Shown: one piece after another, positions 40,874 to 51,495 of the stretch | Numbering within the stretch: the stretch's first letter is position 1 | How the letters are laid out: every line of letters starts with the position of its first letter | Assembly (NCBI GenBank): GCA_964558645.1 | Contig: CAZLEV010000003.1 | Span: 64,001-128,000, forward strand | Source of the DNA: an uncultured archaeon | GTDB taxonomy: Archaea > Asgardarchaeota > Thorarchaeia > Thorarchaeales > Thorarchaeaceae | Reading direction: 5' to 3' | DNA: 64,000 bases | Made by a program: the position numbers and the translations under genes | Notes under the pieces: model-generated | What the model was told of the DNA's origin: nothing | Databases searched by the model: none | Seen by the model: only the letters and a program-made list of their open reading frames with translations

Positions 40874-42259
40874 ATGCCTTATCACAACACACCCTTGAAA
40901 TACGGAAACTACATCATTGACGAGTTCATTCCGAAGTCGTTGACCGATGTTCAGGTTCTCAAGATTGAAGAGTTTGAGCCGGCCTTTTCTGACTTTGACG
41001 AGAGACTCAATGAGGTGCTTGCCAATCCTCTGGGAACGAAACCATTTGACGGAATGGTTTCAGACCTCTACTCTGAGGGAGAAACGGTCATCATCATAGT
41101 TGATGACAATACGCGTCCGAACATTCACACACGAGCCATTCTGCCTCGATTGACAGGACGTTTGATGAACAGTGGTGTACGCAAGGAAGACATCAAGATC
41201 ATTGTTGCCAGTGGGTCACATGTCCCACCAAGAGCATTTGCACTCGAAAACAAGATTCTCAATTCAGAGCTCTATGCGGAGTGGAAGGATAACATTCTGA
41301 TTCATGACTGTGACTCAGGGAACCGCCACATGGGAAAGACATCTCGAGGTACTCCGATTTTCATTGATGAACGAGTCATAGACTCATGTTTCGTCATTGC
41401 GCTCAGCGACTCGGAGTATCACTACTTCGCCGGGCAGGCGGGTACTGTGAAGCTATTCTGCCCTGGCGTGGCCGGCAGAGAAACCATCCGAGTCAATCAT
41501 CCGAGGATGTTTGATGTAGAGAAGGGATTTGTTCCCGGCTGTCGCTTGGGGAACACCGAGGACAATCCTGTCATTCAAGATATGATTGAGATCACTGAGC
41601 AGATGAAGCAGCATCTCATGATATTCTGCATTGATACTATCGTACACCATGGCGAGATCGTGTACCTGCAGGCGGGTGACATTATAGATTGTCACAAGGC
41701 AGCTTCTGCTCCTCTCAGAGATCTAAGAGTCGTAGATGTTCAGGAACCAGCCGATATTGTGTTTGTATCTGTGGGCGAGCTCGGAATCAATCTATACCAG
41801 GCTGGCAAGGGAGTCCACGCCGCTTGGAATGCTGTTCGTCATGACCTCAAGGGTTGGATTATTCTTCTTGCGCCTTGCCAAGAAGGTGTGGGGAGTGCAG
41901 CATATGAGGAGGCAATGACTGCTGCTAAGGACATGATGGTGAAAGATGCTCTTAGATTCGTGATTGAGAAGTATGGCTCTGAACAGACATTCAAGATAGG
42001 AAATCAGAAACCACCTGACCTTTTCAGAATCCTGCTTGATGTTGCGGAGAAGAACATCAAAGTCGTGACCGAGCTCGATCCTGAGCCAATGGGCGATATC
42101 TATCGGATGGAGGCCTGTAATCCTGAAACTCCTGAAGATAGCCAACGAGTGTTGAGAGAGCTGGTCCAGCGGTATCTGAAAGAGAACCCCGATAACAAGA
42201 ATCCTCGCATCTATGTGCTGGATGACCCTGGGCTCCTTATCAATGTCAAGAACCGTTGA
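40874..42259 (+). CDS. LarA family (nickel-pincer) racemase/epimerase
   Basis: DDNTRP, ASGSH, HDCD, GKTSRGTP, HYFAG..G..K, NLYQAGK. Confidence 0.85.
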   Translation: MPYHNTPLKYGNYIIDEFIPKSLTDVQVLKIEEFEPAFSDFDERLNEVLANPLGTKPFDGMVSDLYSEGETVIIIVDDNTRPNIHTRAILPRLTGRLMNSGVRKEDIKIIVASGSHVPPRAFALENKILNSELYAEWKDNILIHDCDSGNRHMGKTSRGTPIFIDERVIDSCFVIALSDSEYHYFAGQAGTVKLFCPGVAGRETIRVNHPRMFDVEKGFVPGCRLGNTEDNPVIQDMIEITEQMKQHLMIFCIDTIVHHGEIVYLQAGDIIDCHKAASAPLRDLRVVDVQEPADIVFVSVGELGINLYQAGKGVHAAWNAVRHDLKGWIILLAPCQEGVGSAAYEEAMTAAKDMMVKDALRFVIEKYGSEQTFKIGNQKPPDLFRILLDVAEKNIKVVTELDPEPMGDIYRMEACNPETPEDSQRVLRELVQRYLKENPDNKNPRIYVLDDPGLLINVKNR

Positions 42260-42364
42260 ACAGGCTTCGATTGTGATGGCCCCGAAAAGGCCTGCGAACG
42301 AGTCAACTGTCAATATCGACCAACAGACCACTGCACTAAGCAGATAGAATATGGTTCAGATTTC

Positions 42365-43801
42365 TTACTCAATCTTCCAGGTGGGGCCATCCTTAGTGTC
42401 AGAGATTGATATTCCCGCGCCTCCCAATCTCTCTCTGATCATGTCAGCAGTTGCATAGTCTTTCTCTTCTCGTGCTCTCTCTCTGAGTTCAAGTAGCAGT
42501 TCAACAGCTTCCTTGAGCATCTTCTGTGAGGCGTCACTTTGGGTATCAGTTGTTCTCTCTATGTCGAGTCCGAGAACAGCAAGAAGTTCTGTGAGTGTAG
42601 CGAGTGATTCGCGAAGCACCGCAGGGCTCTCTGCTTCTGAAGAATGAGTGTTGATTTCACGAACAAAGGAATAGAGTGCCGCAAATGCTCCGGGCGAGTT
42701 GAAATCGTCATCCATCTCACGTTCGAAGTTCTGCCTTACTACCTCGATTGCAGTCCTCAAGATATCGTCTGAATCACCATGACCAAGACCTTTCCGTTCA
42801 AGGATGGAGATTCTGCCACGGATAGTGTCTGCTGCGTTGCGAAATCGTCCCATTGACTGTTCTGCTTGTTGAAGTGCCTGTGTGTTATAATCGAGTGGTT
42901 GCCGATAGTGGCCGGACATGAGGAACAGTCTCACTGCCTGATTGTCAAAATTGTCAAGAACCTCCCGTGCGGTGAAGAAGTTGCCTTCGGACTTCGACAT
43001 CTTCTCAGTGTTTATGGTGAGAAACCCATTGTGTAGCCAGTACTTGACAGGCACATCCACATCATATGCAGCTGATGTCTGGGCAATCTCGTTCTCGTGG
43101 TGTGGAAATATAAGATCCTGACCGCCTCCGTGGATGTCAAATGGAACTCCTAAGTAGTGCTTGCCCATCACAGAGCATTCCATGTGCCATCCCGGTCTTC
43201 CTCTTCCCCACGGGCTATCCCACGACGGCTCACCCGGTTTCTCTGCCTTCCAGAGTGCGAAGTCTCGGGGATCCTGTTTCTTCTCATCAACCCCTACTCT
43301 GGCACCAGCAGCCAACTCGTCTAGTTGGACGCCTGATAACTGTCCATATGCCTGGAACTCGCTTACGTCGAAGTAGACGTCGCCATCGATAACGTAGGCC
43401 TTGTTATGCTCGATTATCTTCTCTATCATCTCTATCATTTGCTGAATATGTTCAGTTGCTCTGGGGTTGATATTTGCAGGTTTGAGATTGAGTTCATCGG
43501 CAATCTGGCGGTATTCTGTGATGAACTTCTCTGCGAGTTCGGAGACCTCTATCCCTTGTTGGTTGGCTCTGTCTATCATTTTATCGTCAATGTCTGTGAA
43601 ATTCGTGACATAGTAGACATTGAATCCGCGATACTCGAGATAGCGTCGGATCATGTCAAAGACAACAAATGACCGAGCATTCCCAATGTGGGGGTAATCG
43701 TACACTGTTGGACCGCAAACATACATGCCAACTTTCCTGTCGTTTAGCGGCCGGAGTTCTTCCTTCTTGCGTGTACGGGTGTTGTAGAGTTCGATCATCA
43801 T
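42365..43801 (-). CDS. cysS: Cysteine--tRNA ligase
   Basis: CGPTVY..PHIGNAR, DFALWK, GRPGWHMEC, DIHGGGQDLIFPHHENE, KMSKS, DDDFN. Confidence 0.97.
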   Translation of the reverse strand: MMIELYNTRTRKKEELRPLNDRKVGMYVCGPTVYDYPHIGNARSFVVFDMIRRYLEYRGFNVYYVTNFTDIDDKMIDRANQQGIEVSELAEKFITEYRQIADELNLKPANINPRATEHIQQMIEMIEKIIEHNKAYVIDGDVYFDVSEFQAYGQLSGVQLDELAAGARVGVDEKKQDPRDFALWKAEKPGEPSWDSPWGRGRPGWHMECSVMGKHYLGVPFDIHGGGQDLIFPHHENEIAQTSAAYDVDVPVKYWLHNGFLTINTEKMSKSEGNFFTAREVLDNFDNQAVRLFLMSGHYRQPLDYNTQALQQAEQSMGRFRNAADTIRGRISILERKGLGHGDSDDILRTAIEVVRQNFEREMDDDFNSPGAFAALYSFVREINTHSSEAESPAVLRESLATLTELLAVLGLDIERTTDTQSDASQKMLKEAVELLLELRERAREEKDYATADMIRERLGGAGISISDTKDGPTWKIE

Positions 43802-44086
43802 ATCTACCGACTTGAGGAAAGAACTGCTGACATAAAAAGGCCTCTGCAACATTTGCCCATACTTCTCCAGAGAACACTATAGGACAGAATGCAATGACAA
43901 CTCACAACTCCGACTAACTGAGCTGCAAGATACTGTAGGAAGAGCCAGCACTCTGACTGGTCCTGCTAAATGCATCGATGATATATTCTGTGTTGGCAGT
44001 GCTTCGATGGATTGCCGAGGTTCGCGACTTTTATATCGTTGCAGCACAGTCGTTCGGTACTAGATGATGACTGCGGAGACCTAAGA

Positions 44087-44842
44087 ATGGACGAAGACGC
44101 AGAGAAGCTCATAGAACGAGCTCGTGAACTACACCGCGATGAGCGATACGAAGAGGCCGAGAGTATTCTCCGTAAAGGTCTAGAGGGGTATCCTGATAAC
44201 GAAGAACTGAAGGTTGAGCTTGGCATTACTCTTGCGTCAATGGCTCGGGATGAGAGAGCTGAAAGAGTTCTACGCAGTGTTCTTGACACCAATCCTACAC
44301 ATGAGAGAGCAGCAGGAGCTCTCGGACGTCTGCTTGACAGTTGTCTTCGAAGCGATGAGGCCGAGGCAATCTATCGTGACATAATCGAGCTAGAACCAAG
44401 GAGCCATCATGTCTTTGAAGACCTAGTTCGGTTGCTGGTGTCCGAAGGGAGAACGCCCGAGGCCCTCAGCCTTGCGCGGGAACATGCAGAGGCCTACCCA
44501 CGAGACTATGAGGCATATGACGCTCTTCGGGTGGTCCTGCTCAAGATTGAGGATGACATGGACTCATTCCTCGATAGGGATCTTGGGAAACCCGGGAATC
44601 TCCTCAGAGTTCTTTCAAATTATCTTGAGCAGTATTCGGTCTATCGGCAGATGCTGGAGCAGGTTGACCAACAGACACTCGAAACTGAGAATAGACGTGA
44701 GATTCTAGAAGATGAGATCGACCGGGTAATCGCTGAAATATGCGCTCTACGAGATCATATCGAGTCCAACAGAGATGTCCTATCTCCTGGTGTTCTTGCT
44801 GCGGCGGATGAGTTGACATCCCAGAGGTCAGCCTCTGAATGA
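44087..44842 (+). CDS. Tetratricopeptide repeat protein
   Basis: Repeated TPR-like units (YEEAESILRKGLEGYPDN, AERVLRSVLDTNPTH, AEAIYRDIIELEPRS). Confidence 0.75.
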   Translation: MDEDAEKLIERARELHRDERYEEAESILRKGLEGYPDNEELKVELGITLASMARDERAERVLRSVLDTNPTHERAAGALGRLLDSCLRSDEAEAIYRDIIELEPRSHHVFEDLVRLLVSEGRTPEALSLAREHAEAYPRDYEAYDALRVVLLKIEDDMDSFLDRDLGKPGNLLRVLSNYLEQYSVYRQMLEQVDQQTLETENRREILEDEIDRVIAEICALRDHIESNRDVLSPGVLAAADELTSQRSASE

Positions 44843-44860
44843 GAGCGACTCGTATTGGTT

Positions 44861-45157
44861 CTACTGCCACATGTAACCAAGGATCTCCTCATCTTGAGGT
44901 TTCTCTGCTTCAGAGATATAGACAATATGCTGATTGCCTTGATTCGCAAGCCAAATATGATATGGCTTTTCTCCGAGGGTTTCAAGGAGATCAACTCTCT
45001 GTTCTGCATCCATTCCCATCACTCTCAGCAGGGTACTGATGTTAACAGCTCTGTCCAAGTTTTTACTGACCGTAGCCATGATTCTCTTTTCTGACCCCTC
45101 TTCCATGTTCAGGATTTCCTTGTTTCTAAGAACCGACTTTATCCTCATCTGCTTCAC
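44861..45157 (-). CDS. Hypothetical protein
   Basis: 98-aa ORF with plausible composition, convergent with the TPR gene. Confidence 0.55.
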   Translation of the reverse strand: MKQMRIKSVLRNKEILNMEEGSEKRIMATVSKNLDRAVNISTLLRVMGMDAEQRVDLLETLGEKPYHIWLANQGNQHIVYISEAEKPQDEEILGYMWQ

Positions 45158-45299
45158 GAGGAGGCATTGTCATGCGCGAGAAATAAGGCTAACTTTCTCA
45201 GACGAGAATGAACCCATCATGTGTTGAATCTCTTTCCCTTAGGAGTGGGGGACTAAGAGGCCTGCGACAAGCCCTGAATAAGCATTGTCAGAGTTGCGT

Positions 45300-45530
45300 T
45301 CATATCTTTCTCTTTTTTCTGAGACGGAGGTGGGTACCCACAAGGCCCGCAGATAAGAGCGCGACGATGCTAAGAATAAGAACCTGAAGATGCAGGCTGC
45401 TCATATCAGATTCAACAACAACAGTGATTACTTCACTTAGTGAATTCCTGTATGGATCTCTTGCTATAACCAACAAGTGATACTCACCTGACAACAGAGT
45501 TACGGTGCTGATAATAGTCCCTGTAGAAGT
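45300..45530 (-). pseudogene. Remnant of a surface-protein C-terminus (beta-strand, TM helix, basic tail)
   Basis: LSGEYHLLVIARDPYRN...LILSIVALLSAGLVG..LRLRKKRKI with no intact upstream body. Confidence 0.35.
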
Positions 45531-45702
45531 TTGCGATTGCAGTCATAGGCAGAAGAAGAGGTGTTTCAAGCTGATATCGTGGACCATTTTGAGAACTATT
45601 CTCTAAATTCAGTAATCCTGATGCAGGGCTATTCAGCCCGTTGGTGAGGTTCAGCGCGCCACTAGAACGTGAGGCATCTCACAAGAAAAGGAGTCTAAGA
45701 GA

Positions 45703-46041
45703 TTGTCAGAAACAGGTATTGAACAAGTAGCAGATAAGATCGTCTTCGGTCTGAATCTAGGATACGGCGTCTTTCTCGCGCTATTCTCACTATCCGGTTT
45801 GATATTCCTAGGCCCGATTGCAGCAGTTGGAGTCATGCTCGGACTAGCCCTAGTTCTGATCGCGTGGATGTTCCTCAAGCCGGTGAAGAAGGAAGGACGG
45901 TTGTACGCTATCATCGTCAACATAATCACTATACCCACGGCGGCCCTTCTGCCGTTTCCACTGTGGGCATTCCCGATTACGTTCGCTGTTTTGATTGTGT
46001 TCATAATGCTCGTCCCACCAATTAGAGAACCGCATACGTGA
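45703..46041 (+). CDS. Small hypothetical membrane protein
   Basis: 112 aa, four hydrophobic segments, AGGAG RBS upstream. Confidence 0.6.
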   Translation: MSETGIEQVADKIVFGLNLGYGVFLALFSLSGLIFLGPIAAVGVMLGLALVLIAWMFLKPVKKEGRLYAIIVNIITIPTAALLPFPLWAFPITFAVLIVFIMLVPPIREPHT

Positions 46042-46159
46042 GACCTTTTGCGGCAACCGTCGGAGGTGGCCATTTCTTTTTCTTCTTCCATCTAGAACCA
46101 GTGAGATGACTGTACATGGACAATGGATTTAAACCAGAACCTTTCCCCAGGGAGCTACG

Positions 46160-47485
46160 TTGAGCCTCCTAGGATATTCAAGACTGAAAGCTAGAGAGTT
46201 CACTGGACTATCCACTTTTCAAATCCTGACATACTTTCGCAGGGCTATCGTCTACACTTTCTTGTCACTCTATCTGCGGTCGCTTGGCCTCTCAACAACT
46301 GAAGTGACCCTAATGGCCACTGTCGGGATGATTGCCAATGCATTCACCCAATCCCTCCTCTGGGGGAATCTACTGGACAAATACAGAAGGCCTGCGGACT
46401 TTATTGCCATTGGTGAGTTTCTTGCTGGCGTTGGGCACTTCTTCCTGGTTATGGGGTATGTCTTCTTCCTCGGTCTGGGCCAAACGATGGCTGCAGGCTA
46501 TGTCATCATTTTTGGTCTGGGTGGGATCGAAGTATTCTGGAGCATGTCGAATGTTGGCTGGTCTGCATTGGTATCCAAACTGACTGATATCGAAGAGAGG
46601 AAGAAGCTCATGGGGCAGTTTTCCACAATCGGTGGCTTCGGTGGAATCGGGGGTGCACTTCTCGGTGGATACCTCTACGATGTTGGAGGCTTCGCTGACG
46701 GCACCATCTTCAATGTCGCGGCAGTCATCATGATAATTTCCAGCATCATTGTGTATCTCACTATCCGCGCTAAGGATGAGGAGGATATTGAGCTCTCTGA
46801 AGAGGAGTCTGATGAGATTCCATCGTTGGGCAGCCTGCCATCTCAGCTCAGAACCGCCTATGTCCTCTTCATCGCAGCCCTGGTCTTCATCAACTTCGGA
46901 AGAAACTCCATATCCATCATCACCAGTCTGTTTCTTGAAGACCCCACTGGATTCGGAGCATCAGGATTGGATATCGCTCTCTTCAGCAACGTGCGCAGCG
47001 CTGCAAACATGATAGCAGGTCTCATCGTGGGTTCGGTGGTCGCGAAGACCGACGACAACAAGGCCTTGATGGCTGGAGTGATAACATCGATTACTGGAAT
47101 CCTTTGGCTGACAATAACTCCTACCTTCACACTCGCACTGATCGCTTCGTTCCTTAGGGGCGCATCAGAGGTCATCATCGGAGCCGCGAGCTATTCGATT
47201 GTTGCAGAAATGGCACCTGAAGAATACCGCGGGAGACTGTTTGCGTACTACAACACTACCTTCTTCCTCTCGTGGGGAATTGCTGCGACACTGATTGCAG
47301 GTCCAGTAGCAGATCTCCTCATCGCTGAGGGTGCATCAAATGCAGATGCCTACCGAGGTAGTTTCATCACTGCGATTGTTCTTGTTTCGATTGGTGTTGC
47401 GTTGCTTCTCTTTGCATTCAGATATGCAAAACGAAACGTCCTCTCTCACTCAGACGAAGATGGAACAGGCGTCATCTCTGAATGA
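46160..47485 (+). CDS. MFS transporter
   Basis: 12-TM pattern, WGNLLDKYRR motif A, APEEYRGR. Confidence 0.88.
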   Translation: MSLLGYSRLKAREFTGLSTFQILTYFRRAIVYTFLSLYLRSLGLSTTEVTLMATVGMIANAFTQSLLWGNLLDKYRRPADFIAIGEFLAGVGHFFLVMGYVFFLGLGQTMAAGYVIIFGLGGIEVFWSMSNVGWSALVSKLTDIEERKKLMGQFSTIGGFGGIGGALLGGYLYDVGGFADGTIFNVAAVIMIISSIIVYLTIRAKDEEDIELSEEESDEIPSLGSLPSQLRTAYVLFIAALVFINFGRNSISIITSLFLEDPTGFGASGLDIALFSNVRSAANMIAGLIVGSVVAKTDDNKALMAGVITSITGILWLTITPTFTLALIASFLRGASEVIIGAASYSIVAEMAPEEYRGRLFAYYNTTFFLSWGIAATLIAGPVADLLIAEGASNADAYRGSFITAIVLVSIGVALLLFAFRYAKRNVLSHSDEDGTGVISE

Positions 47486-47737
47486 GCTATGTGCTATATC
47501 GCCATAGAACTCTCTGATTGTATGGCGACCCCTCTGTTCTTACGACAACTGCTTGCCATTTTTGCCGATATCATTTTAAGGATTCCGGGAGTGATTTGGA
47601 TTAGGAAGCCGGTTTGGCGGAGCAGCTACGCAACAGACTGCAGATCTGTACCACCTAGGTGCAAATCCCAGAGCCGGCTCCACTTCTTCTTTGGCCTATT
47701 GGCAAGAGAGTGTTAATCGAGTCGCGCTCACTAACTC
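47347..47737 (+). repeat. Direct repeat copy 1 (MFS 3' end, spacer, tRNA-Cys)
   Basis: Colinear and ungapped with 57188..57578 (offset 9841); 82/83 identical at the left, 2 mismatches over 47550-47690, diverged middle. Confidence 0.92.
47608..47682 (+). tRNA. tRNA-Cys(GCA), copy 1 (A51.C63 T-stem mismatch)
   Basis: GCCGGTT/AGCCGGC acceptor, ACAGA-CTGCAGA-TCTGT anticodon arm, U73 discriminator, encoded CCA. Confidence 0.88.
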
Positions 47738-47833
47738 GAAAGTAGGAACATTGAGTACATTAATGGTCTAGATAACACTGCCAAGGAATACGAAGGAAAA
47801 AATACATAGGGCTTATGGTTTACCCTTGCCCCT

Positions 47834-48733
47834 TCATTGGTTATTCTCAACAAAGAAACCCATTTCCTCCAGCTCTCCTCTGAGGACCTTCATTTTTGAT
47901 AAGGTTTCAGAACGTTTGGCGCAAAACAATGGACCGCCTATTTTTCGCTCCGCCAGTTGTTTATCCAGAGAGGTCAGGACTGAACGCAATTCGCTAAGAC
48001 GGTTCTTGAGATTTGCCGCATACGATTTGCTTTCTGATTCAGACACCTGTAAAGGTTTCTGCCGTTCTCTGATTAGGCCATCTTGGATATGAAGAACCCT
48101 GTCAGCATCACGGACCATGTTCGCATCATGTGTAACCATTATGACGGTTTTCCCTAAGTCAGTAACTGAGTGACGAAGATAACCAACTACTTCAAGGGCA
48201 TTTGTGGAATCAAGAATTCCGGTTGGTTCATCAGCAAGAATGATCGGAGGATCATTAGCTAGGGCTCCAGCGATGGCTACACGTTGGCGTTCTCCGCCGC
48301 TCATTTCGGATGGGGTATGTTCAGCCCTTTCCAGAATGCCCACCATCTCCAGGAGTTCAGTCGCACGTTCATGACGCCGCTTCTTGTCAACGTCCATGGC
48401 AATCATCGGAACTTGTACATTCTCAAATGCAGTAAGGGTAGGAATGAGATTCAAATCTTGAAAGACATACCCGATCTTCGTAAGACGATACCTGTCCTGT
48501 TCTTTTTCTGAGAGGGTAGATAGGGTGATGCCATCTACCTCTACCGAACCTGCTGTGGGAACATCTACTGCACTTAGAATATTAAGAAATGTAGTTTTTC
48601 CACTTCCAGAGGGACCCATGATTGCAATGAATTCTGCCTGCTTTACAGTCAGTGATGCTCCTCGTAGAGCTTGCACTTCAACTGAACCAGTACGGTAGAC
48701 TTTTACTAAATCAACAACTCGAATGATATTCAA
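47834..48733 (-). CDS. ABC transporter ATP-binding protein (LolD/MacB/SalX type) with C-terminal helical extension
   Basis: GPSGSGKTT, MSGGERQRVAIA, ADEPTG, VTHD. Confidence 0.93.
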   Translation of the reverse strand: MNIIRVVDLVKVYRTGSVEVQALRGASLTVKQAEFIAIMGPSGSGKTTFLNILSAVDVPTAGSVEVDGITLSTLSEKEQDRYRLTKIGYVFQDLNLIPTLTAFENVQVPMIAMDVDKKRRHERATELLEMVGILERAEHTPSEMSGGERQRVAIAGALANDPPIILADEPTGILDSTNALEVVGYLRHSVTDLGKTVIMVTHDANMVRDADRVLHIQDGLIRERQKPLQVSESESKSYAANLKNRLSELRSVLTSLDKQLAERKIGGPLFCAKRSETLSKMKVLRGELEEMGFFVENNQ

Positions 48734-51495
48734 TATACCTTCCTCCTTTTTACAAGATTGGCATTCCGATTAAACATGTAAAAGATTGAATAAACGGTGA
48801 CGACAACAATCAGTAACTCCACAACAAGTACAACGCTTGATGAAATATCGATGATGAACCTATAAGGCACTCCTTGGGTACTCGATGCACTCATCTGTTT
48901 GATAGAGGAATAGGACAGCAACAAACCCAAAGGTATTCCGATTGTGAATGCGAGTAAGATATGAGTGACAAATCCTGAAAGTAGAATCAATGTCCTTGAA
49001 TGGTGTGAGATCCCCCGCCTCATGAGAGATATCAAGTCCTGCTCCATTCGTAGACTATATGCAGTACAAATAAGTGCAAGCCCGGAGATTGTGACAGCAA
49101 ATCCGAAAGAAGTGGTAATGGTGTTGACTGCATTTGGGCCCCGATATTCAGGGCCACTTAGTAAAGAAACAATTTTTTCACTGGCGATTTCAACACTCGC
49201 AGAAGAATCGATGGCAAGGATTTGCTGTCTAATTTCTTCTATGTTAGCCTCGTCAGATAACCGCGTCAAGATTCTTACCTCATATTGCGTTCTCTCAAGT
49301 ATCTCCACAAAATCCATGGGAACAAGAATACCCTCTGTGATTCCAGTAGCGTCATAATGAGGCATGTAGTCCATCAGTCCACTTACAGTCAGATTAACCA
49401 AGCTAACCGAAAATGGCTGCAAAGATAATGAGAGGGAATCTCCCACACCTAACCCAATTCTCTCAACAAATGACTGTTCAGCAATGCATTGATTTCCATT
49501 GAGCGAAGCGATAATATCGTGACCTGAACTTCCAGAAAACCAGCCGGCTTCGTAATACGCTGAATCTAACCAGCTGTCAACATCAATAGTCGCAACCGAA
49601 AGCCGCTGGTTTACCAGATACATTTGTGCTACGTAGACTTCGCTGTAGACAGGAGTATTCTCATTAACCTCAAGAGCACTTCGGGTCGCATTCAAATAAT
49701 CGCTACTAGATAGTGTTATTGTCATGTCAGAGCCGATTCTGGCTTGAATCGATCTAGTGTCATGATTAAGCTGAGAAGAAGCCAGTATTGGATTCATAGT
49801 TGAGAATGCTACAATGAAACAGAGAATAAAGAGCAAAGAAATGCTGTGTTCCATGTCTCTCATGGAACGGGAAGCAAAAACCGAGCCCAAATCTCCATTA
49901 ATTACTCTCCCTCCTTTGTCAGCTATTTTCTGAGGGAGCTCGAGATACCTAGTTATATACATCGCTATTGCATATGCAAGAATGATAGGACTAATGGGAC
50001 TAATCCACCGGATTACATTGCGTAGAAAGTCCAGAATTATTATTATCAAAGCATTTGATAGCGAGGATATTACCATCTGGTAAATCACATTACCGTCGAG
50101 CAAATCCCACAAGACTTGGATGATGGCAAGAAGAGTCAATGCGACTACGTATCTGAATGGAACGACGGACTCCTCACTTGAGTGATTATCTTCTTCAGAA
50201 TCTGAGTCTTTTATTTGATCAGTTAGCTGCCCATTACGTCCAGCAAGCATCAAAAAACCAGAACAACCAACAGAAAGAAGGGTTGTCAGTCCCAGTACAT
50301 ATAGAACCTGCATGGGAAAAATAGAAACGTGAAAAACAAGAAGGATCGCGCTCTTCGTTTGAAGGAACAAATATAAGAGAAAACCAACAACACCAACAAC
50401 AAATCCAACTACTCCTCCAAGAATTCCGTTTACTATTGATTCAGTGACCGCAAGCAAATTGACATCAGTACCACTGAAACCCCTTATCCGTAATTTACCA
50501 AGATTGACTTTCCGATGTTTCCAAGTAATGCCATATGATACATAGACGAGGTAAGCTGATACAAAGAGAATGTTAATGAGTGATTCTTGAGCTTGAGAGT
50601 TCTGTTTGTTTGACCAAGAAAGAATGTCCTTCATGAGTACGCCCAGATTGTTCGTCACGACAGAGGAAGGTGAAACACTTTGCACAACGTTCTTTGTTGA
50701 AGTGGTGATTTGGGTCAAGTGAAAGATGGAAGATTCTATTTGAAATGGGTTTATTACCTCTTCTCCAATAGTAGACAACAGCCAATTTGAATACCCTTGG
50801 AGAAACTCCAGAGAAAGAGTATCCTCTATGGATTCCATTATCCATCTGTAATCCATGATAACGACGTTGCCATAAATCGAAACGCTCGCATCATGCGCAG
50901 AACTAAGTATACCACGGGATATGTTCTTTTGAGATGATGTCAATTCCCTTGTTCTAATCTCATCGAGAGGTAGGTGGACCTGTTGCAAGTATCCATCTTT
51001 GTATAACGAAATGTTAGCATCGATAAGCGGGTTAATTCCTTCGTAATTGGTGAAATTGCCATCATCAGAAACAACTGCGGCGTTGCTTGCGTGATCTTCG
51101 TTCCATTCTGATGGTCTTACGGATTCGAAGTAGTGAGTATCAGAGTCAATTGCCGCTATTGTAGTGTTATGCCGGATTGAAGGATTCTCCCGTTCGTATA
51201 CAACACCATGAAAGATAGCAAATCGTTCACACGATTCAATTCCTTGGATCGATTTTACTTGTTCAGTTAGTGCTTCTGTTTGACTGCCATTGATACCATC
51301 CGGAGAAATTAGGTTGACTGTCATATCGACAAGAATGTCGCTTCGAGCATCGGAAACCGCTTCAGCACTTGAGAAAGAGAGAATGAGATTAGACTGAGTA
51401 ATCAAGGCCGAGCAAAGAATGAAAGAAATAAGTGTGAAAGTGTAGCCAACTTTGTCTCGGAATAATCCTCGAAGCAAGAGCTCCCTAATTGGCAT
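48730..51495 (-). CDS. FtsX/MacB-like ABC permease
   Basis: Two TM-extracellular-TM halves, LRIRGFS motif, IGSDM. Confidence 0.78.
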   Translation of the reverse strand: MPIRELLLRGLFRDKVGYTFTLISFILCSALITQSNLILSFSSAEAVSDARSDILVDMTVNLISPDGINGSQTEALTEQVKSIQGIESCERFAIFHGVVYERENPSIRHNTTIAAIDSDTHYFESVRPSEWNEDHASNAAVVSDDGNFTNYEGINPLIDANISLYKDGYLQQVHLPLDEIRTRELTSSQKNISRGILSSAHDASVSIYGNVVIMDYRWIMESIEDTLSLEFLQGYSNWLLSTIGEEVINPFQIESSIFHLTQITTSTKNVVQSVSPSSVVTNNLGVLMKDILSWSNKQNSQAQESLINILFVSAYLVYVSYGITWKHRKVNLGKLRIRGFSGTDVNLLAVTESIVNGILGGVVGFVVGVVGFLLYLFLQTKSAILLVFHVSIFPMQVLYVLGLTTLLSVGCSGFLMLAGRNGQLTDQIKDSDSEEDNHSSEESVVPFRYVVALTLLAIIQVLWDLLDGNVIYQMVISSLSNALIIIILDFLRNVIRWISPISPIILAYAIAMYITRYLELPQKIADKGGRVINGDLGSVFASRSMRDMEHSISLLFILCFIVAFSTMNPILASSQLNHDTRSIQARIGSDMTITLSSSDYLNATRSALEVNENTPVYSEVYVAQMYLVNQRLSVATIDVDSWLDSAYYEAGWFSGSSGHDIIASLNGNQCIAEQSFVERIGLGVGDSLSLSLQPFSVSLVNLTVSGLMDYMPHYDATGITEGILVPMDFVEILERTQYEVRILTRLSDEANIEEIRQQILAIDSSASVEIASEKIVSLLSGPEYRGPNAVNTITTSFGFAVTISGLALICTAYSLRMEQDLISLMRRGISHHSRTLILLSGFVTHILLAFTIGIPLGLLLSYSSIKQMSASSTQGVPYRFIIDISSSVVLVVELLIVVVTVYSIFYMFNRNANLVKRRKVY

